A DNA stretch of 64,000 nt from an uncultured Verrucomicrobiae bacterium (lineage in GTDB: Bacteria; Verrucomicrobiota; Verrucomicrobiia; Chthoniobacterales; JAFAMB01): positions 832,001-896,000 of the forward strand of contig CAWEXO010000011.1 in NCBI GenBank assembly GCA_963813025.1. The letters are read 5' to 3'. The notes below the pieces were generated by a model that did no database searches, had not been told where the DNA came from, and saw only the letters and a list, made by a program, of their open reading frames with translations. Made by a program: the position numbers and the translations under genes. Of the stretch, positions 48,936 to 58,372 are shown piece after piece; position 1 is the first letter of the stretch, and each line of letters begins with the position of its first letter.

Positions 48936-49521
48936 CTAGTCTTTCGTCTCGGTGGTGGTTTCTTCTTCGTCCGATTCGGCGCCTATCCTCATCCGTAAGG
49001 CCAAAAAGGGAAGTGACTGGCTGCCGGATGCGCAAAGCTTTCTTCTGTTTTTCTATCTGGGTCTGGCACTCGACCGTGAAGCGCGCAAAAGGAATAGCTT
49101 CCAGGCGAGCGTGAGGGATTGCTTTGCCAGACATCTCGCATGTGCCATAGGTCCCGGCATCGACCCGCTTCAGCGCTTCTTCGATTTCGTAGAGCGCGTC
49201 TTGCTCCTGCGAGAGCAAGCTAAGAGCAAAGTCGCGGTCGTAAGCATCGCTGCCTGCATCGGCCTGATGCATTCCAAAGGCTGATGCCTCGCTGCCTTCG
49301 GCCCGGGCTCGCAAAGTGTCGCGCGAGACGCCCATCATGGAATCGAGCAAACTGTCCCGGAGCTGGAGCAGTTTTGTCTTCTGCTTCCGCAAAAATGGGG
49401 ACAGCCGTTCATCGCCGTTCGTCTCCGGGCTCTGAGCGCTCGGGGCGCTGGCGATTTCAGCAGGCTCAGCCCGGCCGTTTACAGATGCCGCGTCTTTCTT
49501 GTTGTTCTTGGATTTACCCAT
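48936..49521 (-). CDS. DksA/TraR family protein, apparent frameshift at ~48985
   Basis: [60 protein letters not shown]. The shifted frame ends in an acidic tail [15 protein letters not shown] (stop 48936-48938). Confidence 0.88.
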
Positions 49522-49706
49522 ACGTTTCAAAAACGAGTTGGTCGTGGGCGTACTACGTTTCCCCTCTGGAAGGGCGAACATATACTGGCAATTGATTTGC
49601 GGTGCAAGGGGAAAGATCGGGTCTCAAATCGGAGCGTTCACCCGCGGCCACTCAAGATCGGATCTGATGAGCACACTGGTTGTTTCGACCTTCTCTTCTA
49701 GGCGGG

Positions 49707-49928
49707 AGGAGTCGGGCAGGAATTACAGGAATTACAGGAGTTGCAGGAGTTTCAGGAGTCAAAGGGGGTCGCACTGCCCAAAACGGCTCAAACAAGCTCT
49801 CGCCTGGCGCTCGAATAATTTTCGCCCTACCGACAGAGGGCCAGGCCGCATTGCAAGCTAGGCTCTGCAAGTTGGTACCTTCAACTCCTGTGACTCCTGG
49901 ACTCCTGTAACTCCTGAACTCCTGCTCC
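49707..49928. repeat. Inverted pair of 9-nt tandem-repeat arrays
   Basis: CAGGA(A/G)TT(A/G/T) x~5 at 49707-49762, and (A/G)ACTCCTG-type x~5 at 49881-49928. Confidence 0.88.
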
Positions 49929-50225
49929 GATTAGACCCGCTCCCCCCCTTGAGCAATGCCTTCGTAACCTTCTTCCGGCAGAAATCGTCTTTCGAGCGCA
50001 AACGCGGGCGCGCCGGCAAATTTCCGGCACGCCAATTGCGTGATTAACTCGCCGATCTCGGGTGGGTAACTCCTCCCGAGGGCGGCAAACGAAAGCAGAC
50101 GGAATCATCATGAACTTCGCAAACAATCGCCCGCAATACGCACGAAAAGGGCCCGGCCGCCGCAAAACAATTTTTAATCCGCCGCTTGCGTTGCTGCGGC
50201 GAATATCTGGAGAGTAGAGGGATCT

Positions 50226-51707
50226 ATGGGTCGCAGACGTTGGCTATTTATCTTTGCTCTGCTGTTGGTCGTAGCCGGCCTGTGGTTTTTCTTCGGCCGC
50301 GCGAGCTCAGTGAAGCAAGGACCCGCCGGATCAACCCAGACGGGTCAAGTTTCCGGCCACCACGGAAACCGCCAAGGGGGATTCGGCGGCTCGGGTGGCC
50401 CCAATGCTCCGGTGCCCGTAGTTGCCGATACAGTCAAAAAACAGGATGTCCCGATTTATCTAAACGGGATTGGAACCGTGCAAGCGTTTAACTCGGTTAC
50501 CGTGCACCCGCAAGTGAGCGGTATCCTGGTCAAGGTTGATTTTCAGGAAGGGCAGGATGTCAAAAAAGGGGATCTATTGGCCGAGATCGATCCGCGTACC
50601 TACCAGGCTCAAGTTGACCAGGCAGCTGCGAAAAAGGCTCAGGATGTCGCCCAACTGAGCAACGCTCAAGTGCTGCTCGATCGCGACACGGACCTTTTCA
50701 AGAAAGGCGTGCTCGACCATCAAACGTACGATACCCAACGATTTTTGGTCGATCAGCTTGCCGCCACCATAAAAGCGGATCAGGCCGCGATCGACAACGC
50801 GCAGGTCTTGCTCGACTACACCAGGATTACGGCGCCGTTTGATGGACGTGTTGGCCTTCGCCAAATCGATGAAGGCAATTACCTTACGCCGGGATCGAAT
50901 CTGGTGTTACTCACCCAGCTGAAGCCGATATCGGTGGTCTTCACTCTACCTCAACAGAACGTGACGGACGTGAATCAGGCTTTCGCGCATGGAGCTCTTA
51001 AGGTCATTGCCTTGGATAGTTCCAATACCAAGCCTCTGGAAGACGGCACCCTGAGCGTAGTCGATAACCAGATTGACCCAACGACCGGCACCTTCAAGTT
51101 GAAAGCCACGTTCGAAAATCCGGACATGCAGCTTTGGCCCGGTCAATTTGTCAATGCGCGTCTTTTGGTCTCGACTGTGAAGGACGGCCTGGTCGTCCCC
51201 TCCTCGGTCGTGCAACGGGGTCCGAACGGCACCTACGCCTACGTCATTACTCCGGAAAAAACGGCGGAGATGCACCCGATCAAAGTCGGTCAGATTGATG
51301 GGAATCAAGCATTGATTTTGGACGGATTGCAGGAGGGAGAGCAGGTCGTGGTTGACGGACAGTACAAGCTTCAGCCGGGTGGCAAGGTCGACATTGTTGC
51401 TCCTCGGAACCCAGCAGCCCACGCATTAGCGCAATCCGATCCGAACGCAGGCGAGCTCTCGGCCCAGCCAGAAGCGCCTTCCACTTTGGGTCAGGGGGTA
51501 GGCTCAAAGATCGGCCAGGGTGGAGTTAATGGCCGCACTCGCAACTCGAACTCTTCTGGACGTGATCAGTCTTCCGGGTTAAGCGAGCACCCTGGCTCGC
51601 CAGATCCGGCAGCCGCCAGATCGAGCATCAAGCATGCTCATGGCGCGCCAGGTCTTCCCGAAAACAAGACCGGAAATCAGGCACGTCCTCAACAAGCAGG
51701 CAGCTAG
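50226..51707 (+). CDS. mdtA: RND efflux periplasmic adaptor (MdtA-like)
   Basis: N-terminal TM, IGTVQAFNSVTV, EGQDVKKGDLLAEIDPR, ITAPFDGRVG, DNQIDPTTGT, LWPGQFVN; low-complexity tail. Confidence 0.9.
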   Translation: MGRRRWLFIFALLLVVAGLWFFFGRASSVKQGPAGSTQTGQVSGHHGNRQGGFGGSGGPNAPVPVVADTVKKQDVPIYLNGIGTVQAFNSVTVHPQVSGILVKVDFQEGQDVKKGDLLAEIDPRTYQAQVDQAAAKKAQDVAQLSNAQVLLDRDTDLFKKGVLDHQTYDTQRFLVDQLAATIKADQAAIDNAQVLLDYTRITAPFDGRVGLRQIDEGNYLTPGSNLVLLTQLKPISVVFTLPQQNVTDVNQAFAHGALKVIALDSSNTKPLEDGTLSVVDNQIDPTTGTFKLKATFENPDMQLWPGQFVNARLLVSTVKDGLVVPSSVVQRGPNGTYAYVITPEKTAEMHPIKVGQIDGNQALILDGLQEGEQVVVDGQYKLQPGGKVDIVAPRNPAAHALAQSDPNAGELSAQPEAPSTLGQGVGSKIGQGGVNGRTRNSNSSGRDQSSGLSEHPGSPDPAAARSSIKHAHGAPGLPENKTGNQARPQQAGS

Positions 51708-51741
51708 TGCATCCGAAAATCCAGGTGCCGACGGTTTTTCC

Positions 51742-54700
51742 ATGAACGTTTCTGAGATCTTTATCCGCCGACCGATCGCGACCTCGCTTTTGATGGGTGG
51801 CGTCGTTCTGCTCGGTATTCTGGGGTACCGGCTCCTCCCGATCTCTTCACTGCCGACCGTCGATTTCCCGACCATCCAAGTGGTGACGCGCTATCCGGGC
51901 GCCAGCCCGGAAGTGATGACGAGCGCTGTCACCACTCCATTGGAGACGCAGTTCGCGCAGATCAGCGGGCTGACTTCGATGAACTCCACCAGTTCGCTCG
52001 GGGTCAGCACGATCACCATGCAATTCAGTCTGAACCGGGACATCGATGTGGCCGCCCAGGACGTGCAGGCCGCCATCAACGTCGCGCGGGGATATTTGCC
52101 CAGCGATCTGCCAAACCTCCCGGTCTATAATAAGGTCAATCCGGCTGACACCCCGATTCTGACGCTGGCGATCTCCTCGGATTCCATGACCATCGCCCAA
52201 GTCAACAACTTTGCGGACACGCTGCTGGCGCAAAAACTGAGCCAGGTGCCCGGGGTCGGGCTCGTGACCATCGAGGGTGATCAAAAGCCGGCTGTCCGAA
52301 TCCAGTTTAATCCGTCGGCGCTCGCATCTTTGAATCTAGGTCCGGAAGACCTGCGAAACATCGTTTCGCAGGCCAGCACCGACTCGCCGAAGGGCAGCTT
52401 TGACGGAACTCACCAATCTTACGCAATTGACGCCAACGACCAGCTCACCAGTGCGGCTCAGTACGGCCAAGTGATTATCGCGTATCGAAACAACGCGCCG
52501 GTTCGCCTGAGCGATGTCGCTAACGTTTTCGACGGCGTGGAAAACGATCAATTGGCTGCTTGGGTCGGTAAAAAGAATTCCATTATCGTCGATATCCAGC
52601 GACAGCCGGGGGCAAATATTATTCAGACGGTGGACCGGATAAAAAAACTGCTACCGCGTCTTACTGCCTCATTCCCGCCCGCGGTCAAGGTTTCAATTCT
52701 GAGCGATCGCACGGAAACGATCCGAGCGTCGGTCCGTGATGTTCAATTTACGTTGGTGCTGACCGTGGTGCTGGTCATCCTGGTTATCTTCCTGTTCCTG
52801 CGGAGACTGTGGGCCACGATCATCCCGAGTGTCGCTTTGCCCCTCTCGTTGATCGGCACTTTCGGGGTGATGTACCTGCTTGGATTCAGCCTGAACAACT
52901 TGTCCTTGATGGCCCTCACAATCTCGACCGGCTTCGTCGTCGATGACGCGATCGTGATGATCGAAAACATTTTTCGTTATGTTGAGCAGGGTGAACCCCC
53001 GTTGCAGGCAGCTTTGAAAGGTTCCCGACAGATCGGCTTTACTGTCATTTCACTGAGTATTTCGTTGATTGCTGTTTTTATTCCTTTGCTTTTTATGAGC
53101 GGGATCGTCGGCCGGCTGTTCCGCGAGTTTGCGATTACTTTAAGTGTAGCGGTGATCGTTTCGGCCATCGTTTCCCTGACACTCACGCCGATGATGTGTG
53201 CTCGCTTCCTCAAGCCGATCGACAAACAACGCGAGAGCCGTTTTTTTCAATGGAGCGAGCGCATTTTCGATTGGATGCTCCGGTTCTATGAGTCCGGCCT
53301 GCGCTGGGTTTTGCGCCACCGTCTGCTTACTTTGCTGATTGCCCTGGTTACGTTGGCCGCCACGATCTTTCAGTACATCGTCATTCCCAAGGGTCTGCTC
53401 CCCCAGCAGGATACCGGTGAGATCATCGGGGTCACCGATGCCGCCCAGGATATTTCTTTTCAAGCGATGGTCGACCTGCAGCGGCAGATAACGGACGTCG
53501 TCGGTCGAGATCCGGACGTAGCGGGAGTGGCTTCCTTTGTCGGCGCCGGAACGGTGAACCCCACCATGAATACCGGACGGGTCTACATCGTGTTAAAGCC
53601 GCGGGAACAACGAACGGCGAGCGCCGACCAGATCATTGCGAGATTGCGTCGGGCGACGCAGCAGGTCCAGGGGATCTCATTATACATGCAGTCGGTCCAG
53701 GATCTGCAGATCGATACCCGGGTGAGCCGAACTCAATATCAATATGTTCTTCAGGATACCAACGCTGGTGAACTTGCCGAATGGACTCCGAAACTTCTAG
53801 CAGAACTCAGAAAACAACCTGAGCTGACCGATGTAGCCAGTGACCAGCAATCCAACGGACTAGAGCAGGTTATCGACGTCGATCGGCAGAAAGCTTCGCG
53901 TCTCGGAGTGCAAATCGCGGCTGTCGATAACGTGCTTTACGATAGTTTTGGTCAGCGCCAAGTGTCGCTGATCTTTACCCAGCTAAACCAATACTGGGTA
54001 GTCATGGAGGTGCAGCCCGAGTTTAAAAATTCACCTGATACCCTTAAAAAGATTTATGTAAACGCGACGGGGAACAATCCGGGCCAGGGATCAATCACGG
54101 GTGCGATTACTGCCAGCGGGCAAATCACTGCCGGGGGGCAGCAAGTGCCGCTCTCCTCGTTTGTAACTATGCGGACGACGACGGCGCCGCTTTCGATTCT
54201 TCACCAGAACTCGTTCTCAGCCTCGACGATCTCGTTTAACCTTGCCCCTGGGAAGTCGCTCGGGCAGGCGGTTGAAGCGATCAATCGGGTGAAAGCGTCT
54301 CTCGGGATGCCCGAAACGATTACGACGAGCTTCACCGGCACAGCCGCTGAGTTTCAGTCCTCGCTCAGTTCAGAACCTTGGCTCATCTTGGCGGCCATTG
54401 TCGTGATCTACATCGTTCTGGGGGTGTTGTATGAAAGTTATATTCATCCCATCACGATTCTTTCTACCTTGCCCTCGGCGGGAGTTGGGGCGTTGCTCGC
54501 CTTACAACTGTTCGGGATCGATTTTTCGTTGATTGCTTTAATCGGGATTGTTCTGCTTATCGGGATCGTTAAGAAAAACGCCATCATGATGATCGATTTT
54601 GCCCTTGAAGCGGAGCGTGAACGAGGCAAAACACCGGAGGCGTCGATCTATGAGGCGTGTCTCTTGCGCTTTCGGCCGATTATGATGACGACGATGGCGG

Positions 54701-54930
54701 CATTGCTCGGTGCGCTGCCGTTGGCCATCCAGTCAGGAACCGGTTCCGAATTACGTAAACCGCTCGGGATTACCATCGTCGGGGGCCTGCTCTTGTCCCA
54801 GGTCCTGACTCTATACACCACGCCGGTGATCTATCTTTATATGGACAAGCTAGGTAAATTCTTGAGCCGGCGACGTTCAATGCGTCCGGCTCCGAGAAGG
54901 GAGGATCTTGAGCCAGTCGGTGTGCGATGA
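51742..54930 (+). CDS. mdtB: RND efflux permease (MdtB-like)
   Basis: FIRRPIATSLLM, KVNPADTPI, GFVVDDAIVMIENI, GIVKKNAIMMIDFA, RFRPIMMTT. Confidence 0.92.
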   Translation: MNVSEIFIRRPIATSLLMGGVVLLGILGYRLLPISSLPTVDFPTIQVVTRYPGASPEVMTSAVTTPLETQFAQISGLTSMNSTSSLGVSTITMQFSLNRDIDVAAQDVQAAINVARGYLPSDLPNLPVYNKVNPADTPILTLAISSDSMTIAQVNNFADTLLAQKLSQVPGVGLVTIEGDQKPAVRIQFNPSALASLNLGPEDLRNIVSQASTDSPKGSFDGTHQSYAIDANDQLTSAAQYGQVIIAYRNNAPVRLSDVANVFDGVENDQLAAWVGKKNSIIVDIQRQPGANIIQTVDRIKKLLPRLTASFPPAVKVSILSDRTETIRASVRDVQFTLVLTVVLVILVIFLFLRRLWATIIPSVALPLSLIGTFGVMYLLGFSLNNLSLMALTISTGFVVDDAIVMIENIFRYVEQGEPPLQAALKGSRQIGFTVISLSISLIAVFIPLLFMSGIVGRLFREFAITLSVAVIVSAIVSLTLTPMMCARFLKPIDKQRESRFFQWSERIFDWMLRFYESGLRWVLRHRLLTLLIALVTLAATIFQYIVIPKGLLPQQDTGEIIGVTDAAQDISFQAMVDLQRQITDVVGRDPDVAGVASFVGAGTVNPTMNTGRVYIVLKPREQRTASADQIIARLRRATQQVQGISLYMQSVQDLQIDTRVSRTQYQYVLQDTNAGELAEWTPKLLAELRKQPELTDVASDQQSNGLEQVIDVDRQKASRLGVQIAAVDNVLYDSFGQRQVSLIFTQLNQYWVVMEVQPEFKNSPDTLKKIYVNATGNNPGQGSITGAITASGQITAGGQQVPLSSFVTMRTTTAPLSILHQNSFSASTISFNLAPGKSLGQAVEAINRVKASLGMPETITTSFTGTAAEFQSSLSSEPWLILAAIVVIYIVLGVLYESYIHPITILSTLPSAGVGALLALQLFGIDFSLIALIGIVLLIGIVKKNAIMMIDFALEAERERGKTPEASIYEACLLRFRPIMMTTMAALLGALPLAIQSGTGSELRKPLGITIVGGLLLSQVLTLYTTPVIYLYMDKLGKFLSRRRSMRPAPRREDLEPVGVR

Positions 54931-54931
54931 G

Positions 54932-55037
54932 GGTAATCAGTAATCAGTAATCGGTAATCGGTAATCGGTAATCGGAGCAGACGGATCACCGATTATCGAT
55001 AACTGATAACCGATTAGCGATTACGGGCCACCGATCA
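54932..55037. repeat. Inverted pair of heptamer tandem-repeat arrays between the two RND permeases
   Basis: GTAATC(A/G) x6 at 54932-54975, and degenerate (C/T)GAT(T/A)AC units at 54985-55037. Confidence 0.88.
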
Positions 55038-55047
55038 TCACGCCACC

Positions 55048-58000
55048 ATGAATATCTCCGAGCCATTCATCCGCCGGCCAATTGCGACCTCACTGCTGGC
55101 CTTTGGTCTCATGCTGTCCGGGTTGGTGGCTTACCATTTCCTTCCGGTCGCGCCTTTACCGCAGGTCGATTTTCCGACCATTAACGTGCAGGCCAATTAC
55201 CCAGGCGCGGACCCCGAGACGGCCGCGTCTTCGCTGGCGGCGCCTCTGGAACGTCGGTTCGCCGATATTGCCGGCGTCAACGAAATTACTTCGACCAGCC
55301 AGCGGAACGGTACCCGAATCGTTTTGCAGTTCGACCAGAGCCGCGACATCAACGGTGCTGCTCGCGACGTTCAAGCCGCCATTAACGCCGCGTCCAGCGA
55401 GTTGCCAGCGGGTTTGCCGAATCCTCCGAGTTACCGAAAAGCCAATCCGAACGACACCCCAATTCTGATTCTAACGCTCACCTCGGATGCGATTCCACGA
55501 TCCAAAGTTTACGACTACGCAAACGAAATTCTTTTGCCGGCCATCTCGCAAGTCAATGGAGTGAGCGAAGTGGATATTGGGGGAGGCGCTCAGTCGGCCG
55601 TTCGGGTTCAAGTTAATCCGGCCGTTCTTGCTTCCATGGGCATGAGCATGAACGACGTCGCGTCGGTTCTTGCCGGAGAAAATAAAGATGAACCGAAGGG
55701 TACCATTGGCGGTTCCGGGCAGAGTTACACGATCAATACCAACGATCAGCTCTTTAGCGCAGATCAGTACCAGGATCTTATCATCGGCCAGCAGAACGGC
55801 ACGCCAATCCCCTTGAACACGGTCGGTCGCGCCATCGATGCGACGGTCGATCGGCTGCAGGCTGGTTGGTTCAACGGCAAGCCTTCGGTCTCGATCATTG
55901 TGCACAAGCAAGCGGATGCGAATGTGATCCAGGTTGTCGATCACATCAAAGCGCTCTTGCCGCAACTTCGGCGCTGGTTACCGGCGGCCATCAATCTCGA
56001 AGTGCAGGTGGATCGGACCACGACGATTCGGGCCGCAGTCCACGATGTGCAAGTATCGCTGCTGATCAGTGTCGGCCTGGTTACCCTGGTTTGTTTCATT
56101 TTCCTGCGGCGCATTTCCACCACGTTTATCTCCTGTATCACAGTTCCTCTGGCCATTTGCGGCACTTTCGGCGCGATGTACCTGCTCAATTTCAGCTTGG
56201 ACAACATCTCTCTGATGGCGCTGACGGTGTCGGTCGGCTTCGTCGTCGATGACGCGATCGTGGTCATCGAGAACATTGTCCGTCATGTCGAGCACGGCCT
56301 GACGCCGATGGAGGCAACGCTGAAGGGCGCCCGACAAATCGGGTTTACGATCGTTTCGATCAGCATCTCGTTGGTCGCTGTTTTTATACCGTTACTGTTC
56401 ATGGGTGGAATCATCGGCCGCCAATTCCATGAGTTCTCTGTCACATTGAGCGTAGCCATCCTGATTTCCGCCGTCGTCTCTCTTACGCTCACGCCAATGT
56501 TGTGCTCGCGCTGGATCAAGCCCGAAACCGAAGCGCAGCGCAATGCGTTTTTCTACCGCACAACCGAACGTTTCTTCAAATCTGTGCTGAGTGGTTATGC
56601 GCGTTCGTTGCGTTGGGTTCTACGTCACTCCTTTCTTATGCTGCTGGTGACGGGCGCCACGATCGGCACGACCGTCTGGCTTTATACTATCGTTCCGAAA
56701 GGTTTCTTCCCAGAGCAGGATACCGGCTTGATATTCGGCTTCACTCAAGCCGCCCAGGACATCTCGTTTCAATCGATGGAAACGAAACAGGCTGCCGTTA
56801 CTCAGATCGTGAAACGGGATCCGGCCGTGGCCTCGATCAGTTCGTTCGTGGGAAGCGGTGGCGGTGGTGGGGGAGCCTCAGGGCGCATGTTTATTTCTTT
56901 GAAGCCGCGCCGGGAACGAGCTGATAGCGCCTCGGCTGTCGTAGCGCGGCTCCGAGCAAAGACGGCTCGGATCCCTGGTATCCTCTCTTTTTTTACCGCG
57001 ATCCAGGATATTAAGGTTGGTGGGCGTGCTTCGAGCGGCCAGTACATCTACTCGTTGTCCAGCGATAACCTGGACGATTTGAAAACCTGGGTGCCGAAGC
57101 TGATGGATGAGCTGCGAAAAGATAAAATCTTGAAAGATTTGAACACGGATCAGCAAGATCTGGGATTGGAGGCGAACGTGATTATCGATCGGACGAAGGC
57201 TTCGGAGCTTGGTGTTTTGCCGAAGGCTATCGATCTGGCCATGGATAGCGCGTTTGGTCAACGGCAGGTCTCGGTCATCCACACGAACCGAGCGCAATAC
57301 CACGTTGTGGTTGAGGCTTTACCCGGGTTTTTGGAAGATCCCACTGCACTGGATAAAATTTATGTCCGCAGCAACAATGGAAATGTAGTTCCTCTCAGTG
57401 CGGTGGCGCACATCGAGTACAGCAACACACCCACCGCCATCAACCATCAGGGCCAGTTCCCGTCGGTTACGATCTCTTTCAATCTCGATCCTGGTAGTTC
57501 TCTCGGCGACGCCACCAGAATCGTCGAACAAGCCGCGCGCAATATCAATCTTCCCCCGACGATCCGGGGGAGCTTTGGCGGCACCGCGCAGATCTTCGCT
57601 GATTCTTTGTCGACCCAGCCGATGCTTATTCTAACCGCGATTCTCGCGGTCTACATCGTCCTCGGGGTATTGTACGAGAGCTATGTGCACCCGGTTACGA
57701 TCCTGTCGACGATTCCTTCGGCCGGGTTGGGGGCGTTGCTCGCTTTATTGATCTGCCGGGTGGATCTCTCAATCGTCTCCATCATTGGGATCATCCTGCT
57801 GATCGGTATCGTGAAAAAGAATGCGATCATGATGGTCGACTTTGCGCTGGAGTCCGAACGCGAGCGCAACCTGTCGCCGGCCGAATCGATCTACGAAGCT
57901 TGTCTGGTCCGGTTTCGTCCGATCATTATGACGACCTTGGCCGCGATGTTTGGCGCTGTACCGCTGGCCATTGGACAGGGTGAAGGGTCGGAAATCCGGC

Positions 58001-58146
58001 AGCCGCTTGGGATCGCGATTATCGGTGGCTTGATTGTCTCGCAATTGCTGACCCTTTACACCACGCCAATCATCTATCTCTACATGGATCGGCTGCGGCA
58101 GCGGAAACATATCCCAATTACGGCAGGCGCGGTCCTGCCGGCATAA
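55048..58146 (+). CDS. mdtC: RND efflux permease (MdtC-like)
   Basis: MNISEPFIRRPIAT, LPVAPLPQVDFPTI, GFVVDDAIVVIENI, RFRPIIMTT. Confidence 0.92.
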   Translation: MNISEPFIRRPIATSLLAFGLMLSGLVAYHFLPVAPLPQVDFPTINVQANYPGADPETAASSLAAPLERRFADIAGVNEITSTSQRNGTRIVLQFDQSRDINGAARDVQAAINAASSELPAGLPNPPSYRKANPNDTPILILTLTSDAIPRSKVYDYANEILLPAISQVNGVSEVDIGGGAQSAVRVQVNPAVLASMGMSMNDVASVLAGENKDEPKGTIGGSGQSYTINTNDQLFSADQYQDLIIGQQNGTPIPLNTVGRAIDATVDRLQAGWFNGKPSVSIIVHKQADANVIQVVDHIKALLPQLRRWLPAAINLEVQVDRTTTIRAAVHDVQVSLLISVGLVTLVCFIFLRRISTTFISCITVPLAICGTFGAMYLLNFSLDNISLMALTVSVGFVVDDAIVVIENIVRHVEHGLTPMEATLKGARQIGFTIVSISISLVAVFIPLLFMGGIIGRQFHEFSVTLSVAILISAVVSLTLTPMLCSRWIKPETEAQRNAFFYRTTERFFKSVLSGYARSLRWVLRHSFLMLLVTGATIGTTVWLYTIVPKGFFPEQDTGLIFGFTQAAQDISFQSMETKQAAVTQIVKRDPAVASISSFVGSGGGGGGASGRMFISLKPRRERADSASAVVARLRAKTARIPGILSFFTAIQDIKVGGRASSGQYIYSLSSDNLDDLKTWVPKLMDELRKDKILKDLNTDQQDLGLEANVIIDRTKASELGVLPKAIDLAMDSAFGQRQVSVIHTNRAQYHVVVEALPGFLEDPTALDKIYVRSNNGNVVPLSAVAHIEYSNTPTAINHQGQFPSVTISFNLDPGSSLGDATRIVEQAARNINLPPTIRGSFGGTAQIFADSLSTQPMLILTAILAVYIVLGVLYESYVHPVTILSTIPSAGLGALLALLICRVDLSIVSIIGIILLIGIVKKNAIMMVDFALESERERNLSPAESIYEACLVRFRPIIMTTLAAMFGAVPLAIGQGEGSEIRQPLGIAIIGGLIVSQLLTLYTTPIIYLYMDRLRQRKHIPITAGAVLPA

Positions 58147-58278
58147 AGGCTAGTGGGTCAATCGGGATCAAGCCAAATTGGCAAGCGCGGAAGGTCTCCG
58201 AGTCCGCCTATGAGACATTTCCCTTCGGAGTCAAAAGCCATGAAGTCCGAGACGTCCTGGCGGTTTATGCAACGCCAG

Positions 58279-58318
58279 GATTCCGACTCCTGACTCCAAC
58301 TCCTTGACTCCTGCCTCC
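58279..58318. repeat. Degenerate (GACTCCT)n array
   Basis: gattcc gactcct gactcc aactcctt gactcct gcctcc, with possible partner GGAGTC-type motifs at ~58200-58250. Confidence 0.55.
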
Positions 58319-58372
58319 GCCCCCTCTTGATTGCTGCGCGCGTTTTCGGCAAGTTGTAGGATTTTCGCGACC

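Noticed and set aside
48754..49581. Apparent DksA-L33 fusion protein (275-aa ORF in the track)
   Set aside because: One indel at ~48985 explains it. The shifted frame gives a natural acidic tail ending at TAG 48936-48938, and rpmG has its own ATG at 48927. Other indels in the window support an artefact.
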